64,000 nt of DNA. Origin: Antechinus flavipes (Eukaryota). The notes under the pieces were generated by a model. The model worked only from the letters and a program-made list of their open reading frames with translations, searched no databases and had not been told where the DNA came from. This document shows positions 34,511 to 48,280 of this stretch, one piece after another; within the stretch, counting starts at the first letter, position 1; every line of letters starts with the position of its first letter. The position numbers and the translations under genes are program-made. Location of the stretch: assembly GCF_016432865.1 (NCBI RefSeq), contig NC_067401.1, positions 141,298,001 through 141,362,000 on the forward strand, read 5' to 3'.

Positions 34511-37500
34511 AGTATCAGCAACAGCTAACATTTATATAGCCTTATTAAGGTTAGCAATGCACTTTTCATATTATTTCATTTGATCATCATACCAACCCTG
34601 AGAGACTTTTTACAGATGAGGAAACTGAGACTAAGAGATCACATTCATAAATGCCTGAGGCACAGTATTCAAACTCAGGTCTCCCTGATTCCAATACTGT
34701 CCATGTACCATGTAACTGCCTCTGAATTTAAAACTTGGAGCTAGGACATCTGGGTTCTCGTCCTGGCCCAGCCTCTCCAGTGCCTTCAGGGACCCAGGCT
34801 TCTCTTCTCAGGGATCTTGCTCCCAGTATTGTAGTTCAGAGCATTCCAGCAACTGGTTTCTAGGATCTTTTACCATGGCTGCCCTTTCTTTTGTGCTTCC
34901 TCAATCTAGAAAGTGAGACTGGCCTGGGAACAGGAGGAAGGCCAGCAGAAGTAGACCCTTCCTTTGGGGCAGCAAAGCTGACTCCCCCAGCCCTCTTCTT
35001 GTGGCAGCTGCTCCCCTAAAGCTGAATGGTTCTAATTGCTGCCCCCCACCCCCACCCCCGCCACTCTGCTCTCACCCCCTCATCTTCAGTGGTCCTGTCT
35101 GACATTTATTCCTTCTTCACCACACTCACACGCAGGCAGATGTCCAGAGGTGTATATATAGACTATGTGGTTCACATGTTTCAGGACTGTTGGCTCTTCG
35201 TGAACCTGTTTGGCGTTTTCTTGGCAAAGATAACTAGAGTGCTCTTTCCTTCTCCAGCTCATATTACAGACGAGGAAACTGAGGCAAATGGGATTGAGTG
35301 ACTTGCCCAAGGTCACATAGCTAATGAGTGTTTCAGGCCAGATTTGGATTGACTCCAGGATGGGAGCTTTATCCACTTGCACCACTTAGCTGCAAACACA
35401 CACACACACTCTGTGTCTCTCTCCCTCTGTGTGTCTTTCTGTGTCTCTGTTGTTTGTCTGTCTGTCTCTCGCTCCGTGTGTGTGTGTGTGTATGTGTCAG
35501 AAGACTGCGGAAGAAATGTCAGCCTGTAGGCAGGCCCAATCTAGCCAAGTCTGGCCCTTAGAAAGTTCTCAAGTGGGCATTGGCTAAGTTTAGGGAGTGG
35601 CGGGGACTCCTGGGGGTCTACCCTGTGTCTCTGCTGGCTCATTATGATGGATGGCATGTTTTACATGTCGGAAACCCTTGAGTTCTTATTCTTACCTTTC
35701 CTACCAGAAGGGAAACTCTAGACTTTGGGTACAGTCAGATGGAGGCAGGGAGGTGGCTCAGAGAGGCCTGCACCTGGGGTCAAGAAGGCGCCAGCCTCGG
35801 ACCCTCACTCACCAGGAGGCAAGTTAGCCTTCATCCACTGGAGAAGCAAATGGCAAATCACTCCCGAATCTTTGCCAAGAAGTAGATAGCTTCTAACCTT
35901 CAGCCATGGGGACACAGGAAAGGACCTGGAAATATAGGGCCTGGCTTTCTAAATCTTACTTCTTCCTCCCTCCTACCCTGGACTGTCATCTTCCCTGAGA
36001 TGTGGGGGCTAGGCCTGAGGGTGTTTGGGGAAAAGATATAACCTAGGCTCACAGCACTGTGGAGGTGGGGGCAGGGCCTCTCTCTGATTCAGTGAGTCTC
36101 CAACCTGGTCCAGTGAGTCTATTTTTCCAATCTCTCACACTAGCTGGTATTTCAGTTATGTTTGAGTCAAGAAACATTTTAAGTGCACAATGATTGTAAA
36201 ACCTTTTGCTGGGTACTGACTGTAGAAGATGTAAATCTATGAAAAGATACCATTCTTACCTTCACAGAGCTTATATTCTTCAGTTTGGTACTATGCCACT
36301 CGTTAGCTGGGTGACCCCATCTGTACAGATTTGTAGGAGAAAGTGACAAGATTACTACTTCCATACTATAAGGATTTGTGTCTAATAAAAAGGGTTCTTA
36401 ATTTTTTTTTTTTTTACATTATGGTGACCCCTGTAGACCCCTTCTCAGAAGAATGTTTTTAAATGCACAAAATACCTAGAATTACAAAGAAACCAATTCT
36501 ACTGAAAATAGTGATCAAGATATTAAAAAAAACAAACAAGTTTTTGGAGTCCAAGTTAAGTGCTCTTAGTCTAAAATTTAGTGAGTTCTCTTTAAATCTT
36601 GCTGTAGCCCCATAGGTCATAGTTCAGTAATTGGTGACCTACTGCATAAGGACAATTATCTCTGAACTAGCCAGGCTGGTTCAGGCAATGGGCAAACAGC
36701 CTTTTTAATGCACTAGAAGGCCACCCACATAAAAACCAAGAGCCCACAGTCCTTTTAGCTCATGATCAGGTATGGCTTTAATGGATGATGACATATATCC
36801 AAATCACAATCATTCATTATAGGTATACAGCAGTGCTTGGGGAGTGTGGAGGAAGTCAAGGGTGATACAGACGGGGAGATCAGGGAAGGCTTCCTGGAGA
36901 GGGTGGCCCCTGAGCTGGGCCTTTAATGGATTTGAAAGGGATGGTGGTGTGGAAGAGGGAGGGATATTCTAGTTTTAGATAATGGTCTTTGCTGAGGCAT
37001 GGTGAGGAAGGCATTGTCCTTTGGGCCCAGATTGCCTCTCCCTTGGAACCAGTCCAGAGGCGGCCTACCTGTGGCCCTGGAGCTTCCCCTCCTTCCCGGT
37101 GAACCTCGGGTGTTGAATGGATAGAATGCCAGCCTGGAGTCAGGAAGACCTGAGTTCCAAAATTTGCCCTTAGATGCTTCCTAGCTTCAGGGGTTAGACA
37201 AGTCACTTTACCCTGTTTACCTCAGTTTCCTCATCTATAAAATGAGCTGGAAAAGGAAATGGCAAACCACTGCAGTACCTCCACCAAGAAAACTCCAAAT
37301 GGGGTCACAAACTCATTCACTTCTGAACATTATCCCTTGATTGACATAAGGACCACCCCTGCATTAGCACCCATCTCAACTGATCCTCCATCACTGCTAC
37401 GGGGTTTTGCTCCCTAAATCTAATGCTCATTTCCTCTGCTTTCACCCCAAAGTATGTAAATTTTTCTTAATGGTATATAAGGACCTGAGTTTAGGCTGAA

Positions 37501-37870
37501 GGCTTTAATGTGGATAGGGGTAGTGAACTTGAACTTAATCTGGGTCCCTCTAATCCTACACACACTTCTGTGTGAAACAAGAGTTTTAAAGAACAGAAAG
37601 ATGGGAGAGCTGCAGGTAAAGGAGATTTTGGTTAAAAGCACTATTCACTGGGTGTCTTCCTGGTTGGTATTTCCTTCCCGTGGCCCTGTGTTTCCTGGCT
37701 CTGGGGGAGTGATGGTTGGGGATAGCTGGTTGGAAAAGGGGGGGAGGGGCCGGGCTGGAGGAGAGGAAAGGAGGGAGGGGATACTGACCTGGGCCAAGGG
37801 CTGAGGAGTCTCGCTGAGGTTCAGATGGTAAGCCTGTACCCCACCTTTATCCTCTGCTTTCTTCCTATAG

Positions 37871-37993
37871 ATTCCCCCATCCCAGCAGGGGCCCCGGGCC
37901 TTGGAGCTCTCTCTACCCACCATCCTCCTCCTATTCCTGTGGCCTTTCGTGGTACAGTGGTGCTACCGCCAGTTTCGGAGGCAGAAGAGGTGA
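37871..37993 (+). CDS. ACBD4: ACBD4 last coding exon (tail-anchor TM helix and basic tail)
   Basis: Acceptor cttcctatag, then IPPSQQGPRALELSLPTILLLFLWPFVVQWCYRQFRRQKR-TGA. Matches the recalled human LWPFVVQW...QKR C-terminus. Total CDS is 948 nt (315 aa). Not in the supplied ORF track. Confidence 0.93.
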   Translation: MPPSQQGPRALELSLPTILLLFLWPFVVQWCYRQFRRQKR

Positions 37994-38299
37994 TTGGCCC
38001 TTAGGGGACACTGCTGTCGCCGGAGATTGTGGGGGGAGGGAGGAGGACGGCAATTCCTCTTTGCCAACGCGCCCTCCTTCCCCCCCCCTCCCCCCAGTCT
38101 TCCACTCTGCACCTGAGCCTTCCTGGGGAAGCAGGGAGGCTTGGACCTCACCGGCTCGCCTCCTTTTCCTCACCTGTCAAATAAGAGGTTGGGCGGGATC
38201 TCTCAGGGTCCTTTCTGAGCCTTAATATTCTTTAGTCTGAGCTATGTCACAAAGTAGTTGTGTGATTCTAGGTAGGTCGTATCCCCTCCTTTGGGCCCG

Positions 38300-39850
38300 T
38301 CTCTTCACCTGGAACTTTACCAGGTGAGACTGGCTCTTAGGTGCTTTCTACAGCCGACATTCTGGTATTCCATGACCGGTCAGTATTTGCCGGAGAGGTG
38401 GGCGCTGCATGGAGTAAGTTGGGCCCTTCTTGGTGACCCTCTGCGGAGCTGCGGCCAAATGACTGGTTTTCTCGGGCCGCTCGGGGATTCAGGACGCCCC
38501 AGGATGCCCAGACACCACCAGCACCGGATCGCTCCTGCTGCATTCCGCCCTCCCCCCTCCTTCGGCGCGCCCTCCCCCACAGCCCTCGGGCCACTTGCCT
38601 GTCGTTCTCCTCCCCCGTGCCAGGCCCTCCCAGAGGTACCTCAGCTCAGGCAGGTTGAGGCAGGGGCCTGGGCGTCTATGCTGTTTGGAAGGAGAGAAGA
38701 GTTGAGTTGATGCGAGGAGGGTGTTCGGGAAGGTTTTTTTCTGAGCCGCGTTCCCAGACGCAGCTGAGAGGCCATAAAGATAGACAAAGATAATTGACAT
38801 CTCTATGTGCATGGGAAGGAGAAGGGGAGTCGTGGGGGAGGCACAGACTTGCTTTTGGTCACGTTTTCCTCCGCCCTTTGGATTTATACTCAGGTTTTCA
38901 TTTGCTCAGAAGATCCTTAAGTATTAAAATAAATAAAACTTTCAGCTCTGGAGAGGTTCCATCCTAAGGGGGAATGGGGTGACGCAGGCTTGGGGAGCTG
39001 GGCTGGGGTTGAAAGGCCGAGCAGAGCCGGTCTTCCTACTTTGGACACTTCCCCTCCCCCAGCCACGACGGCGCCCCCTCTGGTTAATCTGACATTTAGG
39101 CCAGGACTCGAGAGCCCCGACCGCTACAGGAGGGGGGTGGGGTGGACTCCTTAGAGGTGCAGGGGAATGGTAGAGCCCCCGGCGTGAGTGGCACACTGCG
39201 GGCCTCGGAGGAGCTGGGGGAGGTGTCTGCGGGTCTCTGTCCTGGGGTGGTGCCCGAATCTGAAGAAAACAGCCGCCTGTGAGGGGGGAGGGGAGATGGA
39301 CTGGGGTGAAGGTTCCATCAGGACAACGTCGCACGGCCCGCCCCGTCCGGCCTCCCGGTCCCGCGGCTCTGGAGGGTCGGAGGACCTGGCGAGCATCCCA
39401 GGATTCCCGCGGGGGGCCGAGTCGAATACCCTTCCCCCGGGCCCGGGGACGGTCTTGGCCCTGCGGCGTCGGGGCGGAGCCTAGGGGAGGAGAAAGGGGA
39501 GGGGGCGGTCCCAGCTGCGCGTGGCGTCACGGTCTCGGTCGCGCCGCGGCTGGAGGCCAAAGCGAGCCCTGCGGCCGCCGCCCCCAAGATCTAACTGAAC
39601 TCCCCCCCTTCCCTGTCCAGCTGGCAGCCCCGCCCTTCGCCCCAGCTCCTGGCATCCAGCCGCCTTCCCTAGGTACTGTCCTTTAGCCCATCCATAGACA
39701 CCCTCTTCTAAATCCCCGAGGGTTTCTGACCACCCTCCTCCCCCATCCTTGCTCCCCGTTCCAGGTCCGCCCCAGCCCCGAGTATTGAGATATAGCTTAC
39801 GGGAACCTCATTCCTATGCGCTCTCCCGAAAAGTGCGGCCCCCTTCTCTG
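38300..39850. promoter_or_regulatory. CpG-rich island over the ACBD4 3' end and downstream, with no assignable gene
   Basis: High GC and CpG density, GC boxes, and a partial CTCF-like site GCGCCCCCTCTGGT at 39071-39084. The ORFs are not recognisable. Confidence 0.65.
38923..38937 (+). terminator. ACBD4: Candidate ACBD4 poly(A) signal cluster
   Basis: Overlapping ATTAAA at 38923 and AATAAA at 38928 and 38932; the first canonical AATAAA I found after the stop codon. Confidence 0.55.
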
Positions 39851-42800
39851 GGGAGGGGGCACTTTATGACCTTTCCAGATTATCTGTATTAAGTCCCTTT
39901 AGGTCAAGCCCTCTGAGAACTCCGGAGAAGTGGGCCAAGCCTGGGGCTGGCTCTGGGCGTGTGTTTGTCCCCTCACACTTGTGTGCCTCTATCTGTGTGT
40001 GTCCATCCGGGGCCGCCCGTGTCTGCTGCGGACGCCGTGGTTGTGGGCCAGAATGGGAGTCTGGGTATGCATGGTGTGCATGGTGTTGCCTGCAAACCCA
40101 TCTTTTTCCTCCCTGGCACACCAAGACTGTCATCTGCCCATCCCAGGGCTGCTCAGTTTCCAGGCCTGCTCCGAGCTTCCCCCTTCATCACCTCTCCAGG
40201 GATCCACCCACAGCTTTTCCAGTTCCTTACCCTTTGCCTAGAGCCAAAAGCCTGGAGCTTTCTAAACTTTTCCTTTAACAATCATGCCCTCTTCATCTTC
40301 CCTCTCTTCTAGCCCACCACACCCTACCTCAATTCATGTGACTCTTGAAAATCCAGGAAAGGAACTTATATTAACTAGAGTGGACAGAAGAATCCATTTC
40401 CCCACTTCCTCCATGAAATTTTTTAAAAAAAGAATTCCTTTTGACTTCCATTTAGGTTCTTTTCTACCCAGAGGCACGATGGCCTCTTCCTTATATATAG
40501 TGTCAACAAACTTTTCACTTGGCCAACTGGTATCTTTGTTCAATATTCAGTTCTCTGGATGCCAGGTTCACTCACCAAGTTCAGAAGAACCTCTTAACTG
40601 GAAGCTCCCCAAAGGTGGGACTACCTTCCCACCTCAGATGGAGCCCCAGGCTAAAAGTGTGGACTCAATAAAGCCTCTGCGGTAAGGGTGGCCTATGGCA
40701 GAATGCCTTAAATCTAAGTGATGGAACCAACCCTGCAGAAAAGTCTGGTCAGCTTTGGGGAAGGCTGGAGCTGCAGACTAGGATAACTGACCCTTGCCAG
40801 TAAGGCTGAGCTGCCTGCAGATGCTTGAATTCTTTCTACTCTAGAGTGACTTCTCTTTCCTTCTGATTAAAAAAAAAAATCTTACTATAAGATCTCTTTA
40901 TGAATTGGATATGAATGAGGCTAAGAGGGAGAAAGATGAGATGCCTATCTCCATTTGGATAAAATCATTTTCCTTAACAGAGCTTCCTGTTTGTTGGGGG
41001 AGAAACTCTCTTATTCTCAGGAAGCTCCTTGTCTGATGTGGGAGATGACCACTCTAACCAGTTCATAGAATCACAGATTTGAAACTGGAAGAGACCTTAT
41101 CCATCTGGAGTCCCTGAACTTGTGTTAACACAAGTATTTAACTATTTCAATATAACTGGTCCTTGTAATCCTCTGTAATTATTTTATGCATTTAAAACTG
41201 TTATTCTAAAAAGGAGTACATTTTATCCATGAGGTCTTTTTTTCAGTCACATCTGACTCTTTGTGCCATTTGGGATTTTCTTGGCAAAGATACCGGAGTG
41301 ATTTGCCATTTCCTTCTCCGCTCAATTTTCAGGTAAGGAAACTGAGGCAAACAGAGTTAATTGATTTGTCCAGGGTCACAGAACTAGTAAGCGTCTGAGG
41401 TCACATTTGAACTCAGGGAGATGAGTCTACTGACTAGAGGCCTGGTGCTCTATCTACTGCAGCGCCACCTAGCTGTCCCAGAAGGGCCCATAGGCTTCAC
41501 CAAACTGTAGAAGGCCTTCGTAAGAGTCCAAATCCCTGGCTCCAGTCCAAACCCTTCATTTTATTGTGACAGAAATGAAGCAATCAATGAATATTTATTG
41601 ATTACAGCTTGTTGGGCTTCATGCAAAGACAAAAAGAGAATGCAAAAACAAAAATGAAAATCTTTGCCTTTAAGGAATTTACAGTACATATCTAGATACT
41701 GGATAAACTATAAATATATACACACACACATACACATATACATGTATATGTATGATTATATTTCACCAGCACATATAAATATATACACAATAAATCCAAA
41801 GCAAGGGACTGGAATGATGGTGAGAAAGGCAGCAGGAGCTGAGGGAAATCCAAAAAGGCTTGAAGTAGGAAGATGAATGGAGATAGGAGGAAAATTTGAT
41901 GGAGCCAGGGGGATGAAGTACATTCCAGAGATGAGCAATAACCCCTTACAAAGACGCAGAAATAGAGGAAAGAGTTGGAAATGTCAAGTTTCAGAAACAG
42001 CAAGAAAATCAAGTTTAACTTGACTATGCAAAAACAGGGAGTAATATCAAAGTATGTTCTTTTATGTATAGAAGCTGGGAAGGATCTGGCAAAGCAAGGT
42101 TTGAAAGGGTTTAAATCAACAAGCATTCACTTATCACCTGTCATTTGCTAAATGTTCTATATACAAAGAGAAAAGCAAAACAGTTGTTTGCCCTCGAGGA
42201 AATTACCTTTTAATCTCTGCAAGAGGCAAAAACACTGAAATGGGAGATGAAAATGAAATGCCATGTATGAAGAACAGCAAACAGGCTAGTTTGCCCCAAA
42301 TCTAGCTAGTTTGGCTGGAGATCCTGGAGGGGAAAGATATGAAGCCTGATGATAAAGAACTTTAAGGGCCAAACAGGAGTTTCTAGTTGATGCTAAGGAA
42401 GCTAGGGATTATTGAGCAAGGTCAAAGCTGTGCTTTAGGAATGCCATTTTTTTGGGGGGTGGGGTGAGGAAAGATGGGAGAAGGGAGCAACATAGGGAGA
42501 TCATCTAATTGGCTATTGTTGTTTGTCCTTCCTTCTCAAAGAGGACCAATGACAGGAGGAGGGGGATTGCTTGACTTGTGAGTGAATTGGATTTAAGTGA
42601 GGCAGAAGAACTGTGCAAGGTCATCAGCCTCCCTCTCTCCTCCAGAGTCATCAGAATCCAGTAGCAAGACATAAGTCAAGATGACTGGCAATGGCCCAGG
42701 ATGCAGTGCAGGCTATTATAACCGGCCAGGTGAGAGGTAATAAGGGTCTGAATGAAGATGCTGTATAAAGCCTCCAGGGATTGAGTGTCCTACCCCAGAC

Positions 42801-43544
42801 CACATAGAAAATAAGGGGCACAAACCAAGGCTTCCCACCACGTCTTGCCTCATCTCCAAATCCAATGCTCTTTTCCAGTAAGCCTTGTAAGGTTCCTACC
42901 TTCAGGGAGTTCAATGGAAGAAACAAAATGCTCACTGCTGGGGAGCTCCCAGTCTGATGGGAAGACATCATGATCCACATCATAAACCGAAATGCAGCTG
43001 AAAATTCTTTAGCTAAATATCGGTTCTTAGAGATTTAGAAAGAGAATAGGGTCTCTAGAGATGGGCATGCTTTCATTCATCTGTGAATAGATGAAAGATA
43101 ATTAGGGGTCTATACTGTGACTGAATGTGCTAAGCCTTGGATATACAGGCAGAGAAACAGACCCTGCTCTCAAGGAGGTCCTATTCTAATAAGAGAGAAG
43201 AGGCTTCTACTATTAATCATATGGAAAGCTCTCCCACCCCAGCAGCAAATCAAATAATTATGTATTTTCATTATTGTGATTTCCATTGATTAAATCATTT
43301 TTGTTATTATTTTGTTATTTATTATTCTGACTCTTCCTCATTTGAAATTTTCTTAATAAAGATACGTAATAAAGATACTGGATGCTCATTTTACAGATGA
43401 GAAAACTGAGGGTTAAGTGACATACCCAGCTAATAAGTGGGGCCATATTTGAACTCAGGAAAATGAGTCTTCCTGCCTCCAGGCCTGGACTCTTTATCCA
43501 CTGCACCATCATTTATATGAGGAATTTCTTTCTTTTTTTTTTTT

Positions 43545-44065
43545 AAATTAAGAAAAAATTAAAATTAATTTTTTAAATTAAAGTCTTTTATTTTCAAAAT
43601 ATATGCATGGGGCAGCTAGGTGGTGCAGGACCAGCCCTGAAGTCAGGAGGACCTGAGTTCAAATCTGATCTCAAACACTTAACACTTATTGGCTGTGTAA
43701 CCCTGGGTATGTCACCTAACCTCAATTGCCTTAGCAAAAAACAAACAAACAAAAAAAAATCCAACAACATATGCATGGATAATTTTTCAACACTGACCCT
43801 AGCAAAACCTTGTGTTCCAGTTTTCCCTCTCTTCCTCCCACTCCCTCTCCTAGATGACAAGTAATCCAATATATGTTAAACATGTTAAAATATGTTAAAT
43901 CCAATCTTGCTGCACAAGAAAAATCAGATCAAAAAGGAAACAAAATGCAAGCAAACAATAACATAAAGAGTGAAAATGTTATGTTATGATCCCCACTCAG
44001 TTCCCACAGTTCTCTCTGGGTATGGATGGCTCTCTTCATCACAAGATCATTGGAACTGGCCTCAA
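43545..44065 (-). mobile_element. LINE-1 3' end interrupted by a SINE
   Basis: L1 3' UTR motifs on both sides of the SINE at 43611-43760. Confidence 0.8.
43611..43760 (+). mobile_element. Short CORE-SINE (WSINE1-like) with TSD
   Basis: GGCAGCTAGGTGG...GAGTTCAAAT (A/B-box-like head), AAAC/A tail, TSD ATATGCATGG at 43601-43610 and 43769-43778. Confidence 0.85.
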
Positions 44066-47000
44066 TCATTTCTATATGAGTAATTTCTGAAAGACCCTTT
44101 TTCAATTCCTTGCTTTCTACGGATATTTTTCTATGGAAAGCTCCAGACCTTCAGATAAATCCTAATTTGGAGACAGCGCATAATAATTTCAGAGTGCCTA
44201 GCTTTGGTTAGAATATCTAAGTAGAAAGAACAATCACTTTGGAGCCTGAAAACCTAAGTTTAAAACCATTTTTAAAAGCTAATAATAATTAACATTGATG
44301 TGTTAGCAAAACAGCACTTCAGGAAGAGATTACTTTCTAGCCTCTGTGTGTAAAATGGATTAAAGACTAGAGGCAGGGGGACTGGTAAGCTATTTAATAT
44401 TTCACCCTTGGAGACTATGGGAATGAAAAGACTAAAATCAAGAAACTAGCGATAGAAGGCTCTCAAGAGGGAATAGGGAAGATTTGGAAGAGAGCTTGTG
44501 TTGGGAGAATCTGGGGTGGAAGGGACATAGCAGACAAGGATGACCCACAGAACCAAGGGTATAGACAAATAGAAGTCTGCAGAGAGACATTTAATTAATT
44601 AGAGAAAGCTAAGTGGTAAAGTAGAACTTGAGGTTTTGAGTTCAAATCTAACTTCATCAACTTACTAGCTATGTGATTCTGGACAAATCACTTACCCTCT
44701 TTCCCCATCTGCAAAATAGGGATAACAACACATGACTATCTCTCAGGTTTGTAGTGAGATTCAAATGAGATAATATTTGTAAAGGCCTTATCATAGTATG
44801 CCACATAGTAGGTTTTGGATTAATGATTGTTTATTATCCTCTCTTAATTCCAAGCTACTGCCCGTCCCAACATGTCTCCTAAAGTAATCAGGGGTCCTGG
44901 GCCTCTCTCCCGTACTTGGTCAGACCTCCACAAATTCCATCATAGTATTTAAATAAATAGCTCCTCAGAACTGTGAAACAGAGACAGAGATCCCAAAATG
45001 GAACTAAAGTCACTTGCTTTAATGTTAGATTGTAAACTCCTTGGGAGGACTGTAAATCTGATAAATCACAAATTGGTATCCCCAGTAGCACTCCAGTTGA
45101 ATTGTCCCAGCTTTTGAAGGGCTAGTGCCCTAGATGTGATATTCTAAAGATCTCTAGATTCTTTACATGAACTCTGACAAAGACAATCTGGGCAGCATAT
45201 TTGTGTGATATCAGAATACAAAAGTCATCTGTTTCTGTAAAATGGGATCTGATAATACTTCTAGATTCTTCCTCACAGAGTTGTAATGAGGCTTAAATGA
45301 AATAACTTTTCACTTGATCTTAGCCAAAAGGCCGAGAAGCGATGATGAAATAACTTTTCAATAAACATTTTAAGTACTTTGTGCCAGGGACTATACTATT
45401 TTTTAAATTAAATTTTATTTTTCTATCACTAAAAATCTGCCTTAATCTACAGCTTCTTAATGAGAAAGGAAGAAAGGTAAAATCTGTGTTACAAATATGT
45501 ATAGTTGAAAAAAACAAATTTCATATTGGACATGACCAAAAAAAATCTCAATTCTGCATTTTGAGCCTTTCATCTCTCTTATCAGGAGGTGGGTGGCATA
45601 TTTCATCATTACTCCTCTGAATCATGGTTAGTCATTACCCCATCAGAATTCCTAAGATTTTTAAAGTTGTCTGATTTGACAATAATATTGTCTTTCTATA
45701 AATTACTCTGCTCCTTTCACTTTTCATTAGTTCATGCAAATCCTCCCAATTCTCTCTGAATGCCCTTCCTCATCTTATGGCAAAAAAGCATTCTGTTACA
45801 TACACATACCATAACTTGTTCAGCCATTCCCCAATGGATGGGCAATCCCTTAGTTTCCAATTCTTTGTCACCATAAGAAGGACTGCTATTTTTTTGTGCA
45901 TTGGGGCTTTCTTTCTTTAGGCCTTACAGGAATATCAGTGGGTCAAAGGGGACTCTAGTTACAGGCTGCTAAGTTTTTTTGTGCATAGTTCCAAACTGCT
46001 TTGCAGAATTCAAGGTTCTCATTTTACAAAGGATGAAACAGCCTCAGAGAGGAAAGAGGCAGTTGGCAGGGTGCAATCAGAAACTAGGCCTCCAACTTCA
46101 CAGCCACAAGGCCAGCCTGCAGTTTCCTCACAGAGGAGACAATCCAAAATCTATTAACCCCTCTCCAAGAACTTAGTCTAGTAGTACCAGGCTTACATCC
46201 TTTATAGATTGGCTAAAGAAACATTCTTAATGTTTGGAGGTTCAGTCCTTACCCAGGTTTCCATCAAGGAAGGGAAGCAAAGGATCTGACCCCTCAACCT
46301 GACCCCGGGGCAAATCTCTAGGGGATCAATCAATCAATCAGCAAATATTTGTCAATTGCTTATTTAGTGCCAAGCACTTTATTACAAATACAAGTACACA
46401 TAGGAGGTAACAAAAATATAACACTGGGGAAAAGGTGGTACAGCTGCAGCCTCTTGGGTAAGTCATTTAACCACTGCCTCAGTTTCCTCATCTGTCAAAT
46501 GGGCTGCGGGAAGGAAAAGCATTCCAGGATCTCTGCCAAGAAAACCTGAAATGGAATCGCTAAGAATTGGACGTGACTGAACAAACATCGAGGCATAAAA
46601 TAATGGAAGGGGGATGGGGAGGGAAGGCTCTAACAAATGGAGGGATCAGGAAAGACCTCACCTGAGAGGCGGCAGGAGATAGGAAGCAGAAGTCAGTCAA
46701 TCATCAACTAGCTTTGATTAAACAACTAGGCTTGGTGTTCAATACTTGGGGTATTACAGATAGTGGGGGCCAGACCGTAACAGAAAGACAGGAGATATAA
46801 TGAATAGTGTGACAAACAGCATGACCAGAGACCTTAGAGAACACGTGAGGGTGTGATAAATATCGAAACAGGCTTTGGCAGCAATCAATCAGCATTTATT
46901 AAGCGTCTAATGTATACCAGATAGAGAATGGAATTATCCCCGCTCACCTGCAGCACGCATATATCATAGATTTGATCCAAGAGGCACGCATAGGGGTTCT

Positions 47001-47989
47001 GGGCAGCTCGGGGCGGGGGATGGCGCGGCACAATCAGTCCGGACTTTTAGGATCCCTGGGGCAAAGGAGGGGAGCGTGACGGGAAGAGAGAGGCCTATTA
47101 GAAAAATGTCTAAGCCTATTAACGTTTAGGGATCAATAGATTCTACCCCGAGCAGAGAGTGGGGGACGTTAGGGCAAAGACAGGGCTCAATCTCCAATTC
47201 TAGATCTCCTCTCCGGTCCAGATCCTTCCTCCCCTCCCCCCCTCCGCCTTATCGCACCCCCCGCTGGGACAGGGCCCCGGGCCCCAGGTGGGGGGGAAGG
47301 GGTGGCGCGGAGAGGCTTCTGGAAGGTAGGGAGTCAGAGATGGCGCTAGAACCGGAAGCAAGCTACAAATTCCCTCCCCTTCGCCGTAGGCCTTGAACTC
47401 AGGGCTCGGACTGTCGGGTCAGCACCCCTTCCCACTCTTCTGTAAGTCTCTAGAAGAATCCATGAGGACATGAGACTCGAACCCGTAGGAAAGGAAGGCT
47501 GTCCACCACTCCAACCTAGGCCGAAGTAGGGAGCGACAGTCTCCCTGTGCCTTTAAGCCGGCACACGTTTCTTTTTGATTTGTTTACGTCTCCTTTCGCC
47601 CTTCCGGGTTTCAAAAGATGTACGGTTTAGATATCCTTCCGCAAATGGCGTTCTTAGGTTCATTTTTGGGGGGAATACCTAATATTGGCAGTCTCTCGGG
47701 TTCTGACTCGGACTTGGACAGAGAATCAAATCCTATTTTCAACTCCCTTGTGCTAACACCTTTCTGTGTAGGGTTCAAAAGCAGATTATAATCGGGGACT
47801 ACTTTCCGGAACGTACCATTCTACCTTTAGTACAGGGAACATTGACCAGCCTCAGAAATGTCCCACTGGGGAAAATATTTGATAATATCTTTTAAAACGC
47901 ATCTTCTTTGAAAAATTACAGTACAAGCCTCACTTGGAACTGGCGAGTCTTCTCCTATTCTTTAAACACTATGGTATCGCCCAGAACCC

Positions 47990-48280
47990 GCCCTAATCTT
48001 CCGAAGATTGGCTAGCCTCGCTCCGCTCATCTCGTTCATAGTATCCTATAGCAGTGCACGTTTCGGTCGCACCGATCCTGCGGCCGGGGAGGCGGGGCTG
48101 GGAGGCACCCCCCGCGTGCCCGACGATTGGCTGATTCGGCCAACGCATGGGGACGCTAGTCCCAAGAGACATTGAACTACGAGTCCCAGCGTGCCGCGGA
48201 AGAGTCTACCGTGCGCTTGCGCGGGGGCGGGGCGGGCTGGCTCCTTTATATAAGGCAGCACAGAGAGCTGGGAGGCAGCA
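47990..48280 (+). promoter_or_regulatory. HEXIM1: HEXIM1 core promoter
   Basis: Inverted CCAAT boxes near 48008 and 48126. ZNF143/SBS motif ACTACGAGTCCCAGCGTGC at 48176-48194. Tandem GC boxes near 48223-48237. TATATAAG at 48247-48254. Lies in a CpG island. Confidence 0.8.
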
